A stretch of 64,000 nucleotides of DNA from Bacteroidia bacterium (GCA_041565275.1 JBFGVE010000001.1:25970-89969), one strand, 5' to 3'; shown: positions 49,245 to 59,375, numbered from the stretch's first letter. The notes: generated by a model from the letters alone, not told the origin. Made by a program: numbers and translations.

Positions 49245-51044
49245 ATGGGAGCCAAAGCAGCAAAAAAGATTCATTTGAACGGGGGAGAATTCCTCGTCAA
49301 AGAAACCGATCCTCAGGATGTTTTCATCCCGGAAGAGTGGAGCGAAGAACAGCAGATGATTGCCCAAATGTGCGAGGACTTCCTTCGTACAGAGGTATCC
49401 CCCATGGTCGCCCGGTTGGACTCTATGAAGGAACCAGAGCTGATGCCTACTCTTCTGAGGAAAGCTGGCGAACTTGGATTGCTTGCGGCTGGCCTTCCCG
49501 AGGAATACGGTGGCATGGGCCTTGATTTTCTAACCAATATGTTATTGACAGAAAAGGTCGGTCCTGGCCATTCATTTTCGGTTGGGTTTTCCGCCCATAC
49601 TGGTATTGGTACTCTGCCAATACTGTACTTCGGTACCAAGGAGCAGAAGAACAGGTACCTGCCCAAGTTAGCATCTGGTGAGTGGTTGGCATCATATTGT
49701 CTGACGGAACCGGGTTCAGGATCTGATGCGTTGGGCGCCAAGAGCACTGCAGTTCTAAACGATGCAGGTACTCACTACATTTTGAATGGTCAGAAAATCT
49801 GGATTACCAATGGTGGTTTTGCCGATCTCTTTACCGTGTTTGCCAAAGTTGACGGTGAGCATTTTACAGGCTTCCTGGTGCCTGCTGATACTCCAGGTAT
49901 AAGCCTTGGTGAAGAGGAACATAAAATGGGTATCAAGGGGTCTTCTACCCGCGCCATTTTTTTTCAAGATGTAGAAGTTCCTGTGGACTACGTGCTTGGT
50001 GAGATTGGTAAAGGCCATAGGATCGCCTTTAATATCTTGAACATCGGCCGTATCAAGTTGTGTGCAGCCGCTGTTGGTGGTTCAAAGCAAATCACAACTG
50101 AAGTAATCAAGTACGCCAATGAGCGGGTCCAATTCAATGTGCCTATCTCTAGCTTTGGAGCAATAAAGTATAAACTGGCCGAGATGGCTATCCAGATATT
50201 TGCGGTCGAATCAGCTACTTACCGCGCCTCAGCTGACATTCAGGCAAAGGAAGACGAGTTGTTGGCAGAGGGTAAGCCTTATGCAGAAGCCCTTTTGGGT
50301 GGTGCACAAGAGTATGCTGCAGAATGTGCAATACTAAAGGTATTTGGTTCCGAAGTGGTCGACTATGTGGTTGACGAAGGAGTTCAGGTTTTTGGTGGTA
50401 ACGGATATTCCGCTGACTACCCCATGGACCGCGCTTACCGTGATTCCCGAATCAACCGGATCTTTGAAGGTACCAATGAGATCAACCGTCTCCTAAGTAT
50501 AGATACACTTTTGAAGCGTGCTCTCAAAGGCCACCTTGACTTGATGACTTCAGTGATGGCTATCCAGAATGAGCTGAATTCTGTGCCGAGTTTCAGCGAT
50601 GACAACGATGGTTCTACTCTTTACCACGAAACCAAAGCGGTTCGCGGTTTGAAGAAGTCAACCCTGATGATCGCAGGCGCTGCAGTTCAGTATTTGATGG
50701 ATAAACTCCAGACAGAGCAAGAAATCATCATGAACTTGGCGGACATGAGCCTTTATACCTATGCAGCTGAGTCTATTTTGCTTCGCACTCAGAAACTGAT
50801 CTCCATGCGTGGGGAGGAAGCATGTAAGAATGAGATCGCTATGACAAGAGTTTATGTCTACGATGCTGCCGACTATGTCAAGAAGGCAGGCAAAGATGCT
50901 ATCAATTCATTTGCCGAAGGCGATATGAAACGGATGCTCAACATAGGGCTTAAACGTTTTACAAAGACTGAACCAGTCAACATCAAGGAGCTTCGCCGTC
51001 AGATCGCTGAAGTGTTGATTGAGGCGGATGGGTACTGCTTTTAA
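49245..51044 (+). CDS. acyl-CoA dehydrogenase (long form, ~600 aa)
   Basis: 599 aa. YCLTEPGSGSDA, WITNGGFAD, FGGNGYSADYPMDRAYRDSRINRIFEGTNEI. Confidence 0.92.
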   Translation: MGAKAAKKIHLNGGEFLVKETDPQDVFIPEEWSEEQQMIAQMCEDFLRTEVSPMVARLDSMKEPELMPTLLRKAGELGLLAAGLPEEYGGMGLDFLTNMLLTEKVGPGHSFSVGFSAHTGIGTLPILYFGTKEQKNRYLPKLASGEWLASYCLTEPGSGSDALGAKSTAVLNDAGTHYILNGQKIWITNGGFADLFTVFAKVDGEHFTGFLVPADTPGISLGEEEHKMGIKGSSTRAIFFQDVEVPVDYVLGEIGKGHRIAFNILNIGRIKLCAAAVGGSKQITTEVIKYANERVQFNVPISSFGAIKYKLAEMAIQIFAVESATYRASADIQAKEDELLAEGKPYAEALLGGAQEYAAECAILKVFGSEVVDYVVDEGVQVFGGNGYSADYPMDRAYRDSRINRIFEGTNEINRLLSIDTLLKRALKGHLDLMTSVMAIQNELNSVPSFSDDNDGSTLYHETKAVRGLKKSTLMIAGAAVQYLMDKLQTEQEIIMNLADMSLYTYAAESILLRTQKLISMRGEEACKNEIAMTRVYVYDAADYVKKAGKDAINSFAEGDMKRMLNIGLKRFTKTEPVNIKELRRQIAEVLIEADGYCF

Positions 51045-51111
51045 GCGGATAGATAGGAGAAATTCAGCCATCAATATCTATATTTGCTATCCTTGAGCGC
51101 AATAGTGGGAC

Positions 51112-51846
51112 ATGGGAAAATTCGGACATCTTCTATACACACACAAACTACTCATCCTGAATGTATTTTTGGCAGTTTTCATTGCCGTATTAGACCCACT
51201 TAAATTGACTCTTATTCCTGATACTCCAGAAGTTAATTACTACATTGGAGTCAGTATTATGGTAATACTCTTCTTTGAGTTTGCCGCCATCTATTACCTC
51301 GCCAGGTGGATTTATTCTTTTCCCCGGAACCTGCAGCGCAGGGTTCCTTGGTACATTGGGATAAGCTTTATTCCCAGGTTTTTGGTGTCTGCTGGCATGG
51401 CATTCTTGGTCCTCAGTGCCATGGGAGTCCTTACCAATTCAGATTTTTTTCTAATTCTGATAGCCGTATATGCTGCTACCAAGGAGTTTTGGGTTAGGGC
51501 CTTTCTGCTCAATGCAGATCGCGAAAAGACCAAACGGCCCTCTAAATTTAAGAACTGGGCAGGAGCACTTATGTTCTTTATATTCATCGCAGGTTCATAT
51601 TTTGCCATGTGGGAAGTTTATCTGTTGGAGCATCGAAGAATTATGTACCTATTCCTTAACCCTATTAATTGGGGCTGGGATATCCTCATATTCGCTGTTT
51701 TGATTACATCCATTGAGATCCCCTACATCTATGAAGAGTGGATACGAAAAAAGAGACGATCCCATAAAGTGTTAGCCTTCTGCTCTATTCTCCTGCCTAC
51801 TTTGGCTTTTCTCTTTTGCCTTTATCGGTTGAGTTACTTACGGTGA
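51112..51846 (+). CDS. hypothetical polytopic membrane protein
   Basis: 244 aa with about 6 hydrophobic segments. I recognise no family. Confidence 0.5.
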   Translation: MGKFGHLLYTHKLLILNVFLAVFIAVLDPLKLTLIPDTPEVNYYIGVSIMVILFFEFAAIYYLARWIYSFPRNLQRRVPWYIGISFIPRFLVSAGMAFLVLSAMGVLTNSDFFLILIAVYAATKEFWVRAFLLNADREKTKRPSKFKNWAGALMFFIFIAGSYFAMWEVYLLEHRRIMYLFLNPINWGWDILIFAVLITSIEIPYIYEEWIRKKRRSHKVLAFCSILLPTLAFLFCLYRLSYLR

Positions 51847-52062
51847 TCTCATTTAAAAGTCAAATGGGAACTTTAATGAAGAAATCTATCCTGAAAAAAT
51901 GGTTATATGTGATATCTTTGTTGGATGACCGCTGAAGGTTCACAAAAAATAAACGAACTCTATACTGGGTTAAATCTACTTGATCGACCTGATTACCACG
52001 GCACAAAGCCGATGCTTGATGAGTATGAAAATAGGGTACATTAATGGCCGGGGAGAAATTTC

Positions 52063-53031
52063 ATGAGTAGTAGAATTAAAGATATTAATGAGTTTTGTAG
52101 GCTTTTTAGGGTCAGGATCCCTGTAGAAGAGCACTTTGATTATTATATAGAAACTCTGGCTAAGTCCAAGGAATTTACGTGGGTACCTGAAAAGGTCGAG
52201 GCCTTTGCGTCTTTAGAAGAACAATTGGAGGATGAAACTACCGTTGGCGATTTCAAGATGGAGCAGTTGTCCAAGCTGAAACGGGTTATGACCAAGACTC
52301 GCACCTTTCAGGATTTTATGTTGACGGATTACCGAGTACCTAGCCGCCGAAAGGATGGTTTGGCCAATCATAGTGGCAGTTTTTTGTTGTCAATTGATAT
52401 TCACCAGGCCAATTATGCGATTTTTTCGTCCTTCGACGTATACGGAGATTTTCCAGAAAGCTGGGCTGACCTTTGCGATGAGGAGGATATCAATCCACTT
52501 CTTGCATCATCCAAGGCATGGCGTCAGCTTGTTTTTGGAAATATGAATCCAAAGCGGAACCAGCGATTTCAGCAGGTATTCTTGCAATCTTTCATTGATC
52601 TGCTTAAGCCACTTGGTGTGACAGATGACCACATCATTTCTCTTACGGCTGATGAAATTGTCCTTACAATTGGGATGAACCTCAAGGAAGCTGGTCAGAA
52701 CATGCAGGCAGTATCTTTAATGGCTGATATGATCGTCGGTCCCGATTGTTCAGAATCGGTTCCTGAGCCCTTTCGTGGCAACCTCAGCCTGAATCTCCGT
52801 CCTTTCCGCTTGAAAACTATCAATAAGGGTGCATACCTGCGTGAAAAATACAGCTACGAAGACGGGGTGATGGAATTCTCTCACAAATCTCTATACGGCG
52901 TCCCTGGAAATCAGTACTACTACCATCTGAAGACAGATATCTTGGATGAAGATTTAGACCCACGTGACCTCCTTTTCATGACCGATCACCGCTTAGCCAA
53001 GTGGGTGATAGATACTAATCCCTCCCGGTAA
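52063..53031 (+). CDS. hypothetical protein (see finding: weak polymerase-palm-like motifs)
   Basis: 322-aa ORF with an ATG start and coding-like composition. No family recognised with confidence. Confidence 0.55.
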   Translation: MSSRIKDINEFCRLFRVRIPVEEHFDYYIETLAKSKEFTWVPEKVEAFASLEEQLEDETTVGDFKMEQLSKLKRVMTKTRTFQDFMLTDYRVPSRRKDGLANHSGSFLLSIDIHQANYAIFSSFDVYGDFPESWADLCDEEDINPLLASSKAWRQLVFGNMNPKRNQRFQQVFLQSFIDLLKPLGVTDDHIISLTADEIVLTIGMNLKEAGQNMQAVSLMADMIVGPDCSESVPEPFRGNLSLNLRPFRLKTINKGAYLREKYSYEDGVMEFSHKSLYGVPGNQYYYHLKTDILDEDLDPRDLLFMTDHRLAKWVIDTNPSR

Positions 53032-53054
53032 GAATAGAGCCAGGGTCAGAGTAT

Positions 53055-55145
53055 CTACCACTTAAACAACTGGTCTAATTTTTCAGCGACTTTATTCGCA
53101 TTGGGTAGCATCAGCTCTTCCAAAGTAGAGTTGAGAGGAATTGCAGGGAGATTTTTAGAACCCATAGACATTACAGGCGCATCTAGAAAGGTAAAACATT
53201 CTTCCGAAATTCGCCCTGCAAGCGACTGAGCAAAACTATTTTCTATTACTTCTTCAGTTAGTACCAACACTTTTCCGTGTATCTCTACCCGTTTCTTGAT
53301 CATTTCCCAGTCATAAGGTTGCAAAGTGCGCAGGTCTAGAACTTCAACTTTCCCTTGAAAATGTTTTTTGGCCGCATTTTTCGCCCAGTGAACACCCATA
53401 CCATAGGTAACGACCAGGCATGATTCTCCATTTTCAATATCTCCTTTCGATGCTTCAAGATAGATATTAGCTTTTCCCAAGGGGATGATATATTCATCAT
53501 CGGGTTCGATGCACCGGGCAGCATTGGCCCCGGGAACTTTACCCCAGTAGAGGCCTTTGTGCTCGAACATAACCACTGGATTCGGATCCAAAAAGGCAGC
53601 TTTGAAGAGGCCCTTCATATCGGCAGCATTTGATGGGTACACCACTTTAATTCCTTTGATGGTCAAAATGGCTGATTCAACTGATGAGCTATGAAAAGGG
53701 CCACCACTTCCGTAGGCACCAATTGGAACTCTCAAAAGCATCTGTACTGGCCATTTACCATTGGAAAGGTAGCATGAACGAGAGACTTCGGCATAGAGTT
53801 GGTTGATACCTGGCCAGATATAATCGGCAAACTGCACTTCAACGACTGGCTTGCAACCCACGGCACTCATCCCTACTGTCGAGCCTACAATGTATGCTTC
53901 CTGGATTGGCGTATTGAAGACCCTTTGGTCTCCATATCTTTTTGCCAGCGTAGCTGCTTCGCGAAATACTCCTCCTAACTCTCCTCCTACATCTTGCCCA
54001 TAGAGAAGTGCTTCAGGGTATTGTTGAAGTATATCATCCATGGCGTGAAGTGCAGCATCAACCATGGGGGACTCGTTTCCATTTTCAGGTGTTCTGGTTC
54101 CTTTTTCTTCCGTAACCGGGGTTGGCACAAAGATGTACGAAGAGAGATCTTCCAAGCTTGGTTCTGGCTCCAGGAGAGCTCTTTGATAATCAGATTCAAC
54201 CCACTCCCGTGCTTCACCCTCAATCCGGGTAAGTTGTTCTTCAGCAATCCCCATGTTGACCAATTCTTCATGGAATCTATGTATTGGATCTCGGGCAGCA
54301 TGAGATGCCAAGTCTTCAGCAGGGCGGTACCATTCTTTACGCACACCTGAAGTATGGTGGTTGAGCAAGGGCACCTTGGCATGTACCAGAAAAGGCTGAC
54401 GCTCCCGGCGAATTGTATCGAGGGTTTTTTGGATGGTTTCGTAACTGTTAATGAAGTCGGTACCGTCAATTGAGATGGCTTTCAATCCCTTGAATCCCTG
54501 AGCGTATTCATAAGCATTCATGGAGCGTATTTCCCTTGCGTGGGCTGAAATATCCCATTCGTTGTCCTGAACGAGGTATAGAATAGGGAGTTGATTGAGG
54601 GCTGCTTCCTGAAAAGCCTCAGAAACCTCCCCTTCTGTGATGGCGGCATCACCCAGGGAGCAGATAGCTACAGGAGGTAATTTATTTGAATTGTCAATAG
54701 ACCAATCGTTGAGACCCTGGGATTCAAGGTACTTGAATCCGTGTGCCACTCCGGTCATAGGAATAGCTTGCATTCCGGTGGAGGAGGATTGGTGGGGAAT
54801 CTTGACCTGGTCAGGGCGCCGTAAGCTCGGGTGACTATAATAGGTCCGTCCACCTGAAAAAGGATCGGTTTTTTTGGCCAGAAGTTGGAGCATGCATTCG
54901 AAAGGTGTCATGCCGATGCCTAGTAAGATAGAATCATCCCGGTAATAAGGAGCAACATAATCCTGTGGTAGCAACTGAAGACCAAGAGCTAGTTGGATGG
55001 CTTCATGACCACGGGAAGTTGCGTGTACATACTTGCTCGTAACCTCCTTATTGGCTTCATAAAGTTCGGCCATGAACTTGGCCGTATGCATCAATTTATA
55101 AGCCTTTAGCAGTACGTCTAGTGTGATTCGTACTTTCGTCAACAT
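53055..55145 (-). CDS. 2-oxoacid dehydrogenase E1 component, fused alpha/beta subunits (TPP-dependent)
   Basis: 696 aa. The N-terminal half resembles E1-alpha (TPP-binding GDAAITEGEVSEAFQEAALNQLPILYLVQDNEWDIS). The C-terminal half resembles E1-beta with a transketolase-like pyrimidine-binding domain (FNTPIQEAYIVGSTVGMS). Confidence 0.85.
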   Translation of the reverse strand: MLTKVRITLDVLLKAYKLMHTAKFMAELYEANKEVTSKYVHATSRGHEAIQLALGLQLLPQDYVAPYYRDDSILLGIGMTPFECMLQLLAKKTDPFSGGRTYYSHPSLRRPDQVKIPHQSSSTGMQAIPMTGVAHGFKYLESQGLNDWSIDNSNKLPPVAICSLGDAAITEGEVSEAFQEAALNQLPILYLVQDNEWDISAHAREIRSMNAYEYAQGFKGLKAISIDGTDFINSYETIQKTLDTIRRERQPFLVHAKVPLLNHHTSGVRKEWYRPAEDLASHAARDPIHRFHEELVNMGIAEEQLTRIEGEAREWVESDYQRALLEPEPSLEDLSSYIFVPTPVTEEKGTRTPENGNESPMVDAALHAMDDILQQYPEALLYGQDVGGELGGVFREAATLAKRYGDQRVFNTPIQEAYIVGSTVGMSAVGCKPVVEVQFADYIWPGINQLYAEVSRSCYLSNGKWPVQMLLRVPIGAYGSGGPFHSSSVESAILTIKGIKVVYPSNAADMKGLFKAAFLDPNPVVMFEHKGLYWGKVPGANAARCIEPDDEYIIPLGKANIYLEASKGDIENGESCLVVTYGMGVHWAKNAAKKHFQGKVEVLDLRTLQPYDWEMIKKRVEIHGKVLVLTEEVIENSFAQSLAGRISEECFTFLDAPVMSMGSKNLPAIPLNSTLEELMLPNANKVAEKLDQLFKW

Positions 55146-55282
55146 AGCATCCCGTTTTGTAGTGATCTATTCCAAAGTTACAGAGGGTATACAAGGATTT
55201 CAATCGAAATCCGGGCTCCCTTATAAGGGTATTAAAAAGGCCATCACTGGGGTGCCACATCCCTACTGTCAACCAGGAATCT

Positions 55283-56989
55283 TTACTTCCGAATAAACCT
55301 CAGAATTTCCCTTCGTCCGTCTTTGCTCTTTACTTCCAGCAGATAGAACCCAGGGGTCAATTTGCTCACTTCCATTTCTACTTTAGAAGTCGAAGGAGTC
55401 ACTGCCAACTGGTACATTTCTTTGCCGAAGATATCTCTCACTGTGACATGGGAGAGTTGCTCATCCGGCAGACCCTCCGAGGTCAGAGTGAGCTTATCCG
55501 TTGCAGGATTCGGAAACAGCTGAAAACGGGAAGAGAATTCATCGTCAGCAAAGGCATCTTCCACGCCTGTAGCAGATTCAAGCACTAAAAATTGCCCCAT
55601 CATGCCACCGTCTTCGTGGAAAAGGTTGTGGCAATGGTACATATAAGGGATGATCGGATCGAAATGATCCTCAAACTTTGCAATAAAAGAAATTGAATCT
55701 CCGGGAAGGGACATGATCACATCCTTACGTCCTGCCAGGGTAGGTGGTGGTGGAAATCCATTGATAGAAAGGACAAAGAATTGAATATCATGAATATGGA
55801 ATGGGTGGGCCTCAGTAGTTCTGTTGACTAAATTCCATATCTCTACATCGCCTAAGATGACCGTGTCATTAATATAGTGGTGGTCAAATGGCGTTGAATT
55901 GATCAAAAAGGGAAAGCTCGCAGGAGGAATAGTGTCAAATACTTTGGTTCGGATGACATCTGCCTCATTAGGATCCAAAGGTGTCCAAGAATTCAGGTTG
56001 GAGGGTATCGAAGTAATCGGATTTGCTGTCTGGGGTCCGATCCTGAATTCGATCAGGTTGAAATCAACGCCATCCAACGGATTACCCGGTCCGCCACCAG
56101 GACCAATAGGCGCCCCTGAAATCCCATTGCCCATCTCTGAATTATTCGCGGCCATAACGATGTTGTTTGGCCTAGGTAAGTCAAAATTAACGAGGATCTC
56201 AGCCCTTTCTCCCGGAGAAAGCAATACCCGTGTGATGGGAACTGGTTCTCTGAGTAAGCCTCCATCGCTTCCAATCTGAACGACCTGAATAAGGGGAGGG
56301 AATCCAACATTGTAAACCCGCTGGTTGGATGCATTCAGAATTCTAAACCTCACTATTTGGGCCGGCACTTCCAGATAGGGAGATAAGGTTCCATTGATCA
56401 TCATGGTGTCGTTCAATTGCTGGTAGATGAACTGATTGGTTGGGTCAAAGCTTTTGTCTTGAAGGATCAGTGGGAAGTCGTCGACGCCATAAGTTCTGGG
56501 CAAATTGAGGGCTGATTCAAGGCTATCCCGGATGATCAGCATACCGGCCGCACCCTTATAAACCTGAAAAGCGGTTTTTTCGTGGAGGTGAGGATGATAC
56601 CAGAAGGTGGTCGCCTCGTCCATGACTTCGAATTCAGGAGACCATGTTTCGTTGGGTAAGATCGTGGTGTGGGGACCGCCATCATCTTCAGGAGCTACAT
56701 GCATTCCATGCCAGTGCATGGTAGTGGTATCCGGTAGTAGATTCGTAACATTCATTCGGACAAAATCGCCTCTGTTCATGATAAGAGTGGGCCCCAGGTA
56801 ATCCCCATTGATGCCGTAGGTTTCTGACGAATCCCCTGGCAGAAATTGTACTTTCGACTGCTTGACGGTTAGGTTAAAGGTAGGGCCTGTTAAGGTGTCA
56901 GGAATAAAAAGTGGGTTGATACCTTGGCCTACCGCTCCAGAAAAAAATACCGCAAAGGCCAGGGTTAAGAAATAGGTTCGAGTACTCAT
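55283..56989 (-). CDS. multicopper oxidase with a T9SS type-A C-terminal sorting domain
   Basis: 568 aa with a signal peptide. Copper sites: HWHGMHV, WYHPHLH, HPFHIHD, HCHNLFHEDGGMM. The C-terminus reads FQLFPNPATDKLTLT...LTPGFYLLEVKSKDGRREILRFIRK. Confidence 0.88.
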   Translation of the reverse strand: MSTRTYFLTLAFAVFFSGAVGQGINPLFIPDTLTGPTFNLTVKQSKVQFLPGDSSETYGINGDYLGPTLIMNRGDFVRMNVTNLLPDTTTMHWHGMHVAPEDDGGPHTTILPNETWSPEFEVMDEATTFWYHPHLHEKTAFQVYKGAAGMLIIRDSLESALNLPRTYGVDDFPLILQDKSFDPTNQFIYQQLNDTMMINGTLSPYLEVPAQIVRFRILNASNQRVYNVGFPPLIQVVQIGSDGGLLREPVPITRVLLSPGERAEILVNFDLPRPNNIVMAANNSEMGNGISGAPIGPGGGPGNPLDGVDFNLIEFRIGPQTANPITSIPSNLNSWTPLDPNEADVIRTKVFDTIPPASFPFLINSTPFDHHYINDTVILGDVEIWNLVNRTTEAHPFHIHDIQFFVLSINGFPPPPTLAGRKDVIMSLPGDSISFIAKFEDHFDPIIPYMYHCHNLFHEDGGMMGQFLVLESATGVEDAFADDEFSSRFQLFPNPATDKLTLTSEGLPDEQLSHVTVRDIFGKEMYQLAVTPSTSKVEMEVSKLTPGFYLLEVKSKDGRREILRFIRK

Positions 56990-57090
56990 ATTTGGATATT
57001 AGACGCTCACTCCAAACTCTTTCGGTACCAATAGGTAAAGAAAGAGCCTTGATCCGCGGCAATATCTAGATTGACCCAGTAAATTCCAAA

Positions 57091-57894
57091 TCAATTGAAA
57101 TAGATCCCAACTCGAACCTCAGACCTGATCATTCGGGTCACTTCAGTTACCTCCACAGGAACATTTTCATTCCCATTCCAGTACCAACGGATGTACTCTC
57201 CTCTGGTCTTTAACATTCGGGTTCCAAAACTTAGGTTGTATCCAAAATGCCGACCAGTGTATTTCCGGATGCCGAGCTGGACCCCACCGATAAACCCGTT
57301 GGTCTTTTTAGGCTCTTGATAGTATGCGAAGTTTTCCAAATAATACGGTGAATAATCATAGTTTCTGGTTAGCCCTGCCGCGTATCCGGCCTGAACAGCG
57401 ATGTAAGGGCTAAACGCATCCTTTTCTCTTAGATAAGTTCTTACATCCAGAAAAAGGGGCAGGTAGTGCTGGTGTCGAAAAGTAGCAAAACCTATTCCTG
57501 CACCTACAGAATACCGGCCAAATTGGTAGCCATTCACGATATTGGCGGTGGGACGGGCACTGATCCCTCCATAATCTTCGAGACAAAATGTCAATCCAAC
57601 GTCTGAGCTGTTGAAATACCCATTTTTGATTTCAATGAGAGGCCTCGGAACCCGTACTTTAGCATAGGCTGATACATTCACTTCGGCTGACTTGACCACA
57701 TCTGAGTGGAACGTCATTTGTCTGCCATCCAGGGTCAGAAAAAGTAAATGTTGGCTAGGTATCATCTCGATGATCGTTCCCCGGTAGACTGAACCATTGC
57801 GCAACTTGACTATGTCGGTCCCCTTTTGAGCCCATAACGATCCGAAAATCAGCATAGGAAGGAGGATTATTAGATATTGAATGATCTTTTTCAT
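57091..57894 (-). CDS. hypothetical outer-membrane beta-barrel-like protein
   Basis: 267 aa. Signal peptide MKKIIQYLIILLPMLIFGSLWAQ. The C-terminal half is Gly/Tyr-rich with an alternating pattern and ends ...EVRVGIYFN. Confidence 0.55.
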   Translation of the reverse strand: MKKIIQYLIILLPMLIFGSLWAQKGTDIVKLRNGSVYRGTIIEMIPSQHLLFLTLDGRQMTFHSDVVKSAEVNVSAYAKVRVPRPLIEIKNGYFNSSDVGLTFCLEDYGGISARPTANIVNGYQFGRYSVGAGIGFATFRHQHYLPLFLDVRTYLREKDAFSPYIAVQAGYAAGLTRNYDYSPYYLENFAYYQEPKKTNGFIGGVQLGIRKYTGRHFGYNLSFGTRMLKTRGEYIRWYWNGNENVPVEVTEVTRMIRSEVRVGIYFN

Positions 57895-57901
57895 GGTAGT
57901 A

Positions 57902-59191
57902 TCAGTTTACGGGGATTAGGCTTAGCAGGGTAACATTGGCCGGATTTGTGTAGTTGTATTGGTAAATCCCTTCAGATGCCGTCATAATCAAAACTCCATT
58001 CCAAGGTATGACATCACTGGTATTGATGTTGGCAAAATGTCCTAGTTGGTTCTTGTCAATGGTCAGGTCGTTGGTGCGGTCATATATTTTCAGGCCATCT
58101 GATCCATCGCAAATAAACAGTAGTTCTCCGTCGGTACCCAGCCCTTTGGGATTAAACATGTCATACTCTTTGATCAGATTCGGAGTGGAAATGTCGGAGA
58201 TGTCCAGCACCTGGAGCACATCAAAATTACCGTTGCAAGTCCTCCCGGTAGCGAGCGTCACATAGGCCCGGTCTCCTTCTACCACCACCGGGTCACAGCC
58301 TGTCCAGTGCAGGTATTCAGAAAGAAAGGTCGGATTTGAAGGATTGTTCAGACTATAAGTGATCATGCCAGTAGTGGTTCCGATGAAGAGCATCTCTTTG
58401 GCTGGATACAGGGTCTCAGCATTCCGTTGCATGGGGATTTTTCTCAAAAACTCAGTTTCCCCTTCGATGGTGAAAATGCCCAATTCCCAAGGCTCAAGTG
58501 CGTAGAGATTACTTCCATAGATAGCAAATCTGGAAGTGGATCCAGCTTTTCCAGGTCCGCTGAGAAAAGAAGTACCAAAACTTGCCTCTGTAGAGATCCC
58601 CCCTGAAAATATCATCATATCCAGCTGGCTGTAATTATACCCGGAGGAATTGGCGACCTGTTCGGTGGTCTCATCCTGAATCCACCCGGTAACAATGCCA
58701 GGGTTTTGGTCAAGATTGGCCATCGGCAGATTGGGGTTATAAGATGGGAAATAGGCATAGTCAGAGAAGGTGAACACGTCTTCTTCCCGGTCTGTCAAGA
58801 AAGGGTTTAGAGGGTCGGTAATTTCGAAGGTCAACAGGTCAAAGTAACTATCCAGGTACATTTTATTATCCTTAACAGCGATGTCAACGTTTGCAAGTAC
58901 AGGAAGAAAGCCAAGATTGACAGGATTCGCAGGGTTAGCATTGTCGAAAAAGTGTACTCCCTGGAGGTATTCGTTGACAAAAAGATAGTTTCCATACACA
59001 TAAATCTTCCCGGGGCGCTCCAAAGGACGCGCTGTTTCCAGCGAAAATTCTGTTTGGCGCCATTCCTCCAGAGATTGAGTAACCGGAATATTGGCAATGT
59101 AAGTCACAAGCCTACTGTCCTGGCAACTGGACAGGAACAGCATCAGTAGCAAGGATATGAGCAGAGGTAGTTTAATTTTTTTCGTGTCCAT
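57902..59191 (-). CDS. lipoprotein, LVIVD-repeat beta-propeller-like (tentative)
   Basis: 429 aa. Lipobox LFLSSCQD. Repeated ...DLLTFEITDPLNP... and ...VLQVLDISDISTPNLI... segments resemble LVIVD repeats. The assignment is from memory. Confidence 0.5.
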   Translation of the reverse strand: MDTKKIKLPLLISLLLMLFLSSCQDSRLVTYIANIPVTQSLEEWRQTEFSLETARPLERPGKIYVYGNYLFVNEYLQGVHFFDNANPANPVNLGFLPVLANVDIAVKDNKMYLDSYFDLLTFEITDPLNPFLTDREEDVFTFSDYAYFPSYNPNLPMANLDQNPGIVTGWIQDETTEQVANSSGYNYSQLDMMIFSGGISTEASFGTSFLSGPGKAGSTSRFAIYGSNLYALEPWELGIFTIEGETEFLRKIPMQRNAETLYPAKEMLFIGTTTGMITYSLNNPSNPTFLSEYLHWTGCDPVVVEGDRAYVTLATGRTCNGNFDVLQVLDISDISTPNLIKEYDMFNPKGLGTDGELLFICDGSDGLKIYDRTNDLTIDKNQLGHFANINTSDVIPWNGVLIMTASEGIYQYNYTNPANVTLLSLIPVN

Positions 59192-59222
59192 ACAAGAGAT
59201 TTATTTCGTTGTTACAATCCAT

Positions 59223-59250
59223 TTGATGACAAATATTTTAAAAGGGTTGC
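59223..59250 (-). promoter_or_regulatory. candidate ECF-type promoter (copy A), 31 nt upstream of the lipoprotein gene start
   Basis: The minus strand reads GCAACCCTTTTAAAATATTTGTCATCAA. It is 22/28 identical to copy B at 61267-61294. Confidence 0.4.
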
Positions 59251-59375
59251 CTTGAGGGAAAAAGTTTTCTTCCTGAAGTTCTGTATTGGACCCCCAAGAC
59301 AGGTCATTAATAGATCATCGCAGCAGCGGTTGTCGATGACAGCCTCTACAAAAATGGAAAGAGAAATTTGAGGGT

